In this document: piece by piece, positions 41,883 to 48,805 of the stretch | How positions within the stretch are numbered: the first letter of the stretch is position 1 | Layout of the letters: every line of letters begins with the position of its first letter | NCBI GenBank assembly: GCA_964537525.1 | Contig: CAZIAB010000002.1 | Coordinates: 1-48,805, forward strand | Origin: an uncultured archaeon | GTDB taxonomy: Archaea > Aenigmatarchaeota > Aenigmatarchaeia > QMZP01 | DNA length: 48,805 nt | Reading direction: 5' to 3' | Notes under the pieces: generated by a model | Told to the model about the DNA's origin: nothing | The model's database searches: none | What the model saw: the letters and a program-made list of their open reading frames with translations, nothing else | Program-made: the position numbers and the translations under genes

Positions 41883-44800
41883 TCAAAATTCTCTCTCCTT
41901 CCTGGGGAACGATATCATCCTTACTTCGTGCTGGTGCTTGAGTCTCCTGCTGGCAAAATACACCACCACGCCGGAAAGCAATATCACGATTATCAGGACG
42001 GTCCATGCACTGGAAAGCGTTCCTGTGAACATTCCTGTTAATCCGTCAAATCCTCCTTCCTGGCCGGGGGCCGCAACGAACATATCGACCTGCTTGTTGT
42101 AGGTTATCCCCTCTGTCACTGACCTCACGCTTACCGTGAACTGGTAGTGGCCTGCCTGCCTGGGCGAAACGAACACGTAGGCGTTCTTCTGGTCATCGAC
42201 CCATGCAGAAGGCTTGTAATCCGTCCAGTCGTTAGGAAGGCCGCTTACCGAAACCTGGAATTCCTGCGGGACGTAGGAATTTATGTCTATGGTGATTATC
42301 TTTGACTTGTACTGCTTCACGTCGAGGGAAGATGGCCTTATGTCCACTTCCGTGGGCCCGCTGTCATCAATGACAGGCTGTGAGCAGTCATAGGGGCAAT
42401 TGTACCAGCTCTCACCGGATTCGCACACACCGTTGTAGTTGCATGCTCCCGGAGAAGGCCCTGGCGAGGTGCCTATGTACATGGTACCGTACACCGTGTC
42501 GCTGGCGCCGCAGGTCGCGTCGACCGTGACCCTCAGGGTCTTGGTTCCGCTCACCGAAGGGCGGAAGCTTATGCTCTTAACGGCGCTCGAGCCCTCATCG
42601 AGCCAGAACGATGTCATCCCTGTCTGGACCCCATCCAGATAGATTCTCATGGTCATGTACCTCTTCACGCTCCCGGTGTTCTTGACCTGCGCTTCAACGT
42701 AGGCGTATCCGCCGACATCAATGCTCTGCGTGTAATCGAGGTTCCTTATCTGGACACCGCAGCTTCCCGTGTATCCCTCACCTCTCTGGTACCATACCCT
42801 CTCGGTTTCAGTGTCTCCACAGTCCGCCTCTGCCCGGACCTCTATCTCGTACTCATGGTCTTCGTCATCAAAGTCATAATCATTGTAATAGAAAGTCCTG
42901 GTGTCACCTTCGTCTACCTGGACAGTCCTCTGGTATTCCTTGTCGTCATCGATGTATATCCTGTAGGTAACGTCCTCGTCCTGTGCTCCCTTGTTCTTTA
43001 TCTTGAAGGTTATCTCATCACCATCGACGTCAAGGTCAAAGAGGTCTATGTTACAGTCTTCGTCTCCACCATCTTCGCCGACCCAGAGCCTCTCATAATC
43101 GGAATCGTCATTCCCTTCTTCGTCAAACACTTCCACGTAGCACTTCACCTCGTCGCCGTCACCGAAGTAGGATGCCGGGAGCACGTCATAATCATCATCA
43201 TTATATCCGGAAACCTCCTTTGTCCTTGTCCTCTCAAGGTCTCCCTCCACGAACCACCTGAACTCCACATAATCCAAATCTCCGTCGGGGTCAGAAACCT
43301 CCACCTCGCACCTTATGTCATCGTCCTCGTCGGGGTTCTCTGGACTGAAGCCGATTGATTCTATGACAGGGTTCCTGTCACACGACCCTCCACAGAATTC
43401 ATCTACCCACACCCTCGTGGTGTCAACGTCCCACAGGTGCTGGGTATCCTCAACCCTCACGGTCACGTCAGAATGGCCGCCCTCCTCTGCGTCATGGCAC
43501 CTGAGGTATCGGTTGGATGATATGTAGCAGTCAATCACCTCCTCATGCGTCTGTCCATCTATGGAAAAATCAAGGTTGGAGTCTAGGTCCTCTGCATCGC
43601 TCGCGTATGCCCAGAGGTCTATCTGCTCTATCCCCTCCGAAACCTCCGTCCACCTGTCAGGAATCTCAGCTATGTTGGGCGGGTTTCCCTGGTAGGTGCT
43701 CTGGACTGTCACCTGGTTGTAATCATGGTCCGAAAGGTCTGTGGTGTCCCATACCCTGACATCGCACTTCACGACATTCCCGTAATTGGTGTACATATCC
43801 TGGAGGATGTCACTCTCTTCGTCAGCGTAACCTGAAACGGATTTCGTCACGCTCCTCTTGAGCAGGCCATTGACATACCATTTGAAGTCCACGTACTCCA
43901 GGTTGCCGTCATTGTCCGATACGTCCACGTCGCACGTTATGTCATCATTAACTCCCGGGGTAGTGGGTATAATCGCTATTGTGTCAACGGATGGCGGATT
44001 GAGGACAGTCCCTCCGTTTACTGTCACGTCGTCCTGGTCCCAGTCGGTCGCGTATGTGAGGTCAACCACCTCTGCCTCGCATATGACGTGATCGCCATAC
44101 TCCGTGTAAGACGCTGAAAGAAGGTCTGTCCTGCTGTCGCTAAACCCGTAAACCGAGTAGCTCTGCGTCCTCACGGTTATGCCGTCCACCTTCCACGTGT
44201 AGTGGAGGCTTCCCAGGTCCCCGTCGAGGTCTGAAACGTCAACGTGGCACGCGAGGATGTCAGTGACGTCCGGGTTGGATGGCGTCACGTATATGGAATC
44301 AATCACAGGGGGCGGGTCTCCCTCGCACGCCTGCACTGTCACGTAATTGGTGTCAGAATCATACTCGCCCTCATCGTCATAGACTATCACCTCGCATATC
44401 ACCGTATCCTCATAGTCAGTAAAGCTTGCGGAAAGGGTGTCGCTCTCACTGTCGCTGTAGCCAGAAACCCCCTTCGTTATTGTCCTTACTATCGCTCCCT
44501 CCACACGCCACTTGATTATCACGTGATCGAGGTTGCCGTCTATATCCTCGAGAACGGCGTCACACTGAAGGTCATCCGTCGCCTCGGGATTGGAGGGTGT
44601 GATGTCCACAGAAGTTACGATTGGGGGGTCGTTGCCCGGTTGTGGGGCCGGAGCAACGCTGACTATTGAGTAGTCAGAATCACTCATCGACTCGGAGTCC
44701 CTTACCAGAACCTCGCACTTGACCAAATCCTCGTAGTCAGTTAAGCTGTTCGGGAGAAGATCCGAGTCGCTGTCCGAGTAGCCTGAAACGCTCTTTACCT

Positions 44801-45752
44801 GTGTCCTGACGAGTCCACCGTTCACGTACCACCTGAACGTCAGGTCGAAAAGATTTCCGTCGGGGTCAGAGACGTCTGCCTCGCAGGTTATGTCATCCCC
44901 GGTCTCAGGCTCACCCGGTGTCACGATTATAGAATCGACTTCAGGGGGGTAATTATCTCCCTCCCCGATGTAGCTGTCATCCGTGTCAGAATCATACTCG
45001 TATAAATCATCATACACTATCGCCTCGCATATCACCTCATCTCCCGTGTCCGTCCATGAGCTGGGAAGCTGGTCAGCAACGTAATCCAGGACGCCCGAAA
45101 CATCAACAGAGGATGTCCTCACTATGCCACCGTCAACATGCCACTTGAACAGCACGTGGTCCAGGTTGCCGTCAAAATCATAAACCTCAACGTCGCAGTC
45201 GAGGTTGTCATTGGTGTCCGGGGTCTTGGGGGTTATCTCTATCTGGAGGATTTCAGGGGGCTTGTTGCAGAACGGGGTGTCTATGTAAATCTCGTCTGAA
45301 TCAGTGTCATCCTGAGCCTCGGAATCGTAGACCGTTCCCACACAAATAACCGCATCGCCCTCTGACGTGAAGCTGTAGTCAAGGACGTCCGTCTCCGTGT
45401 CAGAGTATCCGGAAACGCTCACCGTATGTGTCCTGACCAGGATTCCCTCCACGTACCACTCATAATCAACATAATCCAAATCACCGTCCGCGTCACTGAC
45501 CTCTGCCGTGCACGTCAGGCTATCGTCCGGGTAGGCTGGGTCGGGGGTTATCTCCACCACAATCTCCGGCGGCTCGGTGCAGGGACATGGGCAGCACGGG
45601 CATTCACAGCACCCGCAGCTTGAACCAGTGCAGCAGGATGAAGAAGATGTTGACGTAACAGTCACCGTGACTGCGTCTGCCATCCCTGCCACTAAGGCAA
45701 TGAAGAAGATTAACGAAACCAGGAAAACGATCCTTGCTTTCATCTTACCCAT
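41883..45752 (-). CDS. 1289-aa acidic surface protein: signal peptide, poly-Cys segment, eight ~104-aa tandem domains, CARDB-like domains and a C-terminal TM anchor
   Basis: Units start at aa 61, 165, 269, 376, 480, 586, (691, divergent) and 795. Consensus PPE/V-x-I-x-(I/V)-TP..P...D.L.C...V.D.DG(N/D)L..V.F.W.V.G..VRT....VSGYSD..SD.L....T..GD.V.CE..V.D. TM helix at aa 1250-1266. Confidence 0.85.
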   Translation of the reverse strand: MGKMKARIVFLVSLIFFIALVAGMADAVTVTVTSTSSSSCCTGSSCGCCECPCCPCPCTEPPEIVVEITPDPAYPDDSLTCTAEVSDADGDLDYVDYEWYVEGILVRTHTVSVSGYSDTETDVLDYSFTSEGDAVICVGTVYDSEAQDDTDSDEIYIDTPFCNKPPEILQIEITPKTPDTNDNLDCDVEVYDFDGNLDHVLFKWHVDGGIVRTSSVDVSGVLDYVADQLPSSWTDTGDEVICEAIVYDDLYEYDSDTDDSYIGEGDNYPPEVDSIIVTPGEPETGDDITCEADVSDPDGNLFDLTFRWYVNGGLVRTQVKSVSGYSDSDSDLLPNSLTDYEDLVKCEVLVRDSESMSDSDYSIVSVAPAPQPGNDPPIVTSVDITPSNPEATDDLQCDAVLEDIDGNLDHVIIKWRVEGAIVRTITKGVSGYSDSESDTLSASFTDYEDTVICEVIVYDDEGEYDSDTNYVTVQACEGDPPPVIDSIYVTPSNPDVTDILACHVDVSDLDGDLGSLHYTWKVDGITVRTQSYSVYGFSDSRTDLLSASYTEYGDHVICEAEVVDLTYATDWDQDDVTVNGGTVLNPPSVDTIAIIPTTPGVNDDITCDVDVSDNDGNLEYVDFKWYVNGLLKRSVTKSVSGYADEESDILQDMYTNYGNVVKCDVRVWDTTDLSDHDYNQVTVQSTYQGNPPNIAEIPDRWTEVSEGIEQIDLWAYASDAEDLDSNLDFSIDGQTHEEVIDCYISSNRYLRCHDAEEGGHSDVTVRVEDTQHLWDVDTTRVWVDEFCGGSCDRNPVIESIGFSPENPDEDDDIRCEVEVSDPDGDLDYVEFRWFVEGDLERTRTKEVSGYNDDDYDVLPASYFGDGDEVKCYVEVFDEEGNDDSDYERLWVGEDGGDEDCNIDLFDLDVDGDEITFKIKNKGAQDEDVTYRIYIDDDKEYQRTVQVDEGDTRTFYYNDYDFDDEDHEYEIEVRAEADCGDTETERVWYQRGEGYTGSCGVQIRNLDYTQSIDVGGYAYVEAQVKNTGSVKRYMTMRIYLDGVQTGMTSFWLDEGSSAVKSISFRPSVSGTKTLRVTVDATCGASDTVYGTMYIGTSPGPSPGACNYNGVCESGESWYNCPYDCSQPVIDDSGPTEVDIRPSSLDVKQYKSKIITIDINSYVPQEFQVSVSGLPNDWTDYKPSAWVDDQKNAYVFVSPRQAGHYQFTVSVRSVTEGITYNKQVDMFVAAPGQEGGFDGLTGMFTGTLSSAWTVLIIVILLSGVVVYFASRRLKHQHEVRMISFPRKEREF

Positions 45753-45767
45753 CCTATCACACCTTTA

Positions 45768-45810
45768 TTTGCCCGGCTTTATCCAATCGGGACAGGCCGG
45801 GTGTCTTTTT
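45768..45810 (-). repeat. Leader hairpin, family L copy 1 (minus strand aaaaagacacccggcc-loop-ggccggg..), directly upstream of SD aaggtg and the ATG of the 1289-aa gene
   Basis: 36/43 identical to 46270-46312. Stem cccggc/gccggg; the loop contains ATCCAATCGG on the plus strand. Confidence 0.75.
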
Positions 45811-45903
45811 ATCATTTTTGTAACTGACTTATAGTAAATGAATGATAAACTTTAAATACCTTTGCTTTTTTGTCACTATATTCCAGTAAAGCCAGAATCA
45901 GCT

Positions 45904-45936
45904 GGCTGCATTCATCCAATCGCTTTAATGCAGCTG
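45904..45936. repeat. Hairpin repeat, family H copy 3 (stem gctgcatt/aatgcagc; loop catccaatcgcttt)
   Basis: Perfect 8-bp inverted repeat 22 nt downstream of the stop of the 45959..46321 gene. Confidence 0.8.
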
Positions 45937-45958
45937 TCTAAAAGCAGGAACCGGTGGG

Positions 45959-46321
45959 TTACCTTGCCCCGAGCTTCTTCCTGAGCTCCTTCATCTCGGT
46001 GAGCATCTCCCTCTGGTTTGCTCTCATCTCCACGAAGACCGGGTTCTTCTCTGTCGCCCTCTCCATCTCTGCGGGGTATATCCACTTGAAATCAACGACA
46101 GCGAGGATTGCGCTCGCCACCGCGACAACGAACAGCGTGCTGACGAGGTTGAAGTCAGTCCCTATTATGAAAAGGTAGCCTATCATCGCGAACTGGATTA
46201 TCGAGATGTAGTTCCTGACCCTGTCGAACATTATCTTGAATGTTATCATCCTTACCTTCTTCACCTTCGGTTGCCCGGCTTTATCCTGTTGGGATAGACC
46301 GGGTGTTTTTTTCTCTGCCAT
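45959..46321 (-). CDS. Small membrane protein (2 TM plus C-terminal charged helix); start ambiguous (ATG 46321 or ATG 46249)
   Basis: Hydrophobic core IIQFAMIGYLFIIG / LFVVAVASAILAVV. The first 24 codons coincide with the family-L hairpin, which is non-coding at its other locus. aaggtg SD-like sequence lies before ATG 46249. Confidence 0.55.
   Translation of the reverse strand: MAEKKTPGLSQQDKAGQPKVKKVRMITFKIMFDRVRNYISIIQFAMIGYLFIIGTDFNLVSTLFVVAVASAILAVVDFKWIYPAEMERATEKNPVFVEMRANQREMLTEMKELRKKLGAR
46270..46312 (-). repeat. Leader hairpin, family L copy 2
   Basis: 36/43 identical to 45768-45810. On the minus strand the cccggT/Gccggg pair becomes a G-U wobble. Confidence 0.75.
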
Positions 46322-46352
46322 TTGATACCGACCTCCGACCTATATATAATAT

Positions 46353-48743
46353 TTACATAGGAGGGGGATAAAAGCTTTGGTCCCTTGCCCTGTCAAGAAG
46401 CAGCTTCCTCTCTGAGCGGGATATTACCTCCTTCAGGGAATCGAGATAGTCAGGCTCTGACGTTATGGAATTTATACCCATGCTGACCAGTCTCTCTATT
46501 AGCGGATGGTTGTTCTCAATGCTCCCGTAGGCAGAGGTCTCAACATTGTTCTTCCTGCAAACCGAGACCACGTGGTTCACGAGGCTCAGCACTCCGGGGT
46601 TCATCTCGCTGAATATCCTGGACGTCCTGGGGTTGTCCTTGTCAGCGCCCACTGACAGTTGTGTCAGCTCGTCAATCCCTATGCACACGAAGGATATCCC
46701 TTCCCTGCACAGGTTCTCTATGTCCAGCGCCGCAGCAGGGGTCTCTATCATTATCCCAATCCTTATCGGAAGGTCAGATATGCCCTGTCTCACCCTCCTT
46801 ATCTCCTCTGCCCTGCTCACGAAGGGTATTGCAATCATTATGTTGTCAAGGCCCTCCTCCCTGAGCCTTATCAGGGCCTCGATCTCACATTTCAGTATGT
46901 CCTGCTCGTCAAGGCTCCTCCTGATTCCATGCCACCCCAGCAGGGGATTGTTCTCAGTGGGCTCGTCCTCACCCCCTTCCATGTCCCTGAACTCGTCTGT
47001 CCTTATGTCAATGGCCCTGTACCAGACCGGCTTGGGGTAGAATGACCTGGCTATCGTCCTCAGGCCGTCAACGAGTATCTTAATCAGCTGCTCGGGGTCG
47101 TTCTTCGAGAGCCATATGGAATGCTTCCCCTTGTCAGCAATCATGTATTCTGGCTTAACGATACCCACGCCATCACACTTCCCCACCGCTTCATTGACCC
47201 TCTCGGGGAACGACATTATGGACTTTATCCCCGTTGCAGTAACCCCCCTTCCCTCCATCGGAACTTCCGGAAGAGGCTGAGGCTGCTGGAGAGGAAACTG
47301 TCCGGGCAGTGACTGTGGAACCTGACCAACCGGAGTCTGGATAGAGGGAACCTGAATAGGGGGTTGCACAGGTTCAGAAACCATGGCAGGAACCGAATAA
47401 ACGCTTCCAGCGCCGGTGTCCAGGATTACTTCTGTCCTGTCCTCTACAGACGAGGTCGCATTGCCGCACCCCACGATGCATGGTATCCCAACCTCCCTGC
47501 AGAACCTTGCCGCATGGCACACCCTTCCCCCTTCGTCCGTTATCACGCCGCCGGCGTCCCTTATGAATCTCGCCATGTCAGAATCCGTCATCCTGGTGAC
47601 TATTATCTCTCCCCTGGAAAAATCGTGGAGCTCGCTCATGCTTATTATGACCCTCGCGTTTCCCTTGGCGCTCCCGTGGAAGGCTGGTGTCCCTGAGGCC
47701 AGCTTCCCGTCCCCGGGCAATTCATTCTCTTTTGGTTGGCCATAACCAGGCGAGGGGGTGCTCTGAAGGATTATCACCCTTCCCCGTTCCATTGACCATT
47801 CGACCTCCTGGGCATGGCCGCTGAAATGCCTCTCGAGCTTCATTCCGGCGTTCCATAACTTCTTTATATCCTCCTCATCCAGGGAAGGCCTCTCCGTTCT
47901 CTCCCTGGGAACGGTCTCCCTGATGCTCTTCCCTGACATCGCATCCCTCTTTATCATCCAGTTCTTCTTCCTCACCCTGCTGGAGATTATCCCTCCGCTG
48001 TCCTTCTCTAGGATGAACTCATCAGGGGTCACCATACCGGAGGATATTGCCTCCCCGAGCCCGAACGTTGACTCGATTACCATCCTCGAGGAATCGCCTG
48101 TCTCGGGCTGGTTCGTGAAGAGCCACCCGGACTTGTCTGACTCTACCATCTTCTGGACAATCACCCCCATCATCGGGAAGCCCTCAATCCTCCTCGCCTT
48201 CCTGTAAAGCAGTGCCCTGGGGGTAAACAGCGATGCCCAGCATTCTTTCATCGCATTGCATATGCTTGCATAGCCCTGGACGTTCGTCAGGTATTTCATC
48301 TGCCCGCTGAACGCCGCGTGCGGGCTGTCCGACAGTGGGGAGGACCTCACGGCCACGAAGCTCTGGCCCCTTCCTGCCTTTATCAGGTCAAGAGCAATCC
48401 CGCCGACCTCCTTTGCCTCCTTTCCTATCGAGAGCTCCTCATATTCCTCCTTTACCGCGTGCTCTATATAATCGGGCACCGTCCCGTTGGTTATCATGCC
48501 CTGTATATCGACCGACCTCTCCCTGAGGGACTGGTAATCAGAGAAGTTTATGTTCTGGAGGGCTTCCTCTATCTTCTGTGCTATTCGATTAGCCTTCAGG
48601 AACTTGACAAAGGATTCTGAAGTCAGGATGAACCCGTTAGGGACAGCCATTCCGGAGTTGTAGAGCTCGCCGACAATCTCTGCCTTTATACCAACTCCTG
48701 GGGTCCCCCTCTTCACACCCTCCAGCTTGACCACGTAATCCAT
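46353..48743 (-). CDS. ppsA: PEP synthase-like protein (pyruvate, water dikinase family), divergent
   Basis: Three-domain layout: N-terminal ATP-grasp-like domain, phospho-His domain TDEGGRVCHAARFCREVGIPCIVG, and C-terminal PEP-utilizer TIM barrel (NPLLGWHGIRR, IMIETPAA, IGIDELTQL). A 42-aa Pro/Gln-rich insert sits between the last two domains. Confidence 0.7.
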   Translation of the reverse strand: MDYVVKLEGVKRGTPGVGIKAEIVGELYNSGMAVPNGFILTSESFVKFLKANRIAQKIEEALQNINFSDYQSLRERSVDIQGMITNGTVPDYIEHAVKEEYEELSIGKEAKEVGGIALDLIKAGRGQSFVAVRSSPLSDSPHAAFSGQMKYLTNVQGYASICNAMKECWASLFTPRALLYRKARRIEGFPMMGVIVQKMVESDKSGWLFTNQPETGDSSRMVIESTFGLGEAISSGMVTPDEFILEKDSGGIISSRVRKKNWMIKRDAMSGKSIRETVPRERTERPSLDEEDIKKLWNAGMKLERHFSGHAQEVEWSMERGRVIILQSTPSPGYGQPKENELPGDGKLASGTPAFHGSAKGNARVIISMSELHDFSRGEIIVTRMTDSDMARFIRDAGGVITDEGGRVCHAARFCREVGIPCIVGCGNATSSVEDRTEVILDTGAGSVYSVPAMVSEPVQPPIQVPSIQTPVGQVPQSLPGQFPLQQPQPLPEVPMEGRGVTATGIKSIMSFPERVNEAVGKCDGVGIVKPEYMIADKGKHSIWLSKNDPEQLIKILVDGLRTIARSFYPKPVWYRAIDIRTDEFRDMEGGEDEPTENNPLLGWHGIRRSLDEQDILKCEIEALIRLREEGLDNIMIAIPFVSRAEEIRRVRQGISDLPIRIGIMIETPAAALDIENLCREGISFVCIGIDELTQLSVGADKDNPRTSRIFSEMNPGVLSLVNHVVSVCRKNNVETSAYGSIENNHPLIERLVSMGINSITSEPDYLDSLKEVISRSERKLLLDRARDQSFYPPPM

Positions 48744-48805
48744 CCTATCCGTAGAAGTATTGTGAGCGAAATTATTAATTGTTGAGCATGACCTTTTTAC
48801 GGTTA

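Noticed and set aside
45765-45815. 16-codon upstream ORF (MIKRHPACPDWIKPGK) spanning the L1 leader hairpin
   Set aside because: The equivalent frame is not conserved in the L2 copy (frames differ by one nucleotide). It is probably a by-product of the structured element, though uORF-type regulation cannot be excluded.

Overview
Densely coding chromosomal segment from an anaerobic archaeon. The evidence is RadA, a Zn-finger RPA, an Ogg2-type glycosylase, DUF373, class-1B PyrD/PyrK and A/T-rich TATA-like boxes about 25 nt upstream of many start codons (leaderless-type). Operon-internal genes carry GGAGG/GGTG Shine-Dalgarno sites, and codon use prefers AGG/AGA for Arg and ATA for Ile. I cannot assign a lineage by eye. 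I count about 55 protein genes and saw no rRNA, tRNA or CRISPR array. Layout: 0.1-5.5 kb holds an M42 peptidase, ThpR, an ExeA-like AAA+/wHTH protein and a Kef-type antiporter. 5.7-15.7 kb holds three paralogous orphan ABC-type substrate-binding lipoproteins, a full sensor kinase, a kinase-less sensor paralogue and a stand-alone receiver, interleaved with radA, a Nudix gene and rpa. 16.9-19.4 kb is a 2.4-kb integrase islet bounded by direct repeats and filled with iteron-like and AT-rich repeats. 19.4-23.3 kb holds GNAT, MFS, a YHS-permease fusion and a Cys-rich lipoprotein. 24.3-26.9 kb is an oxidative-stress operon (rbr, EncFtn-like half-ferritin, reverse rubrerythrin, zupT, dfx). This is followed by pyrK/pyrD, an nth-ogg-radical SAM operon, a membrane-tethered ArsR, TspO, a GGR-like flavoprotein, a HEPN-MNT pair and argF...arcC. 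39.7-45.8 kb holds two very large acidic surface proteins. The window ends with a divergent PEP-synthase-like gene. The least explained signals are non-coding: two families of dispersed hairpin repeats that show compensatory stem changes and share a loop motif (one family is amplified as a 46-bp tandem array at the window edge), and a 73-bp element shared by the radA and nth/pyrD divergent promoter regions. All functional calls rest on motif recognition by eye; no database search was run.
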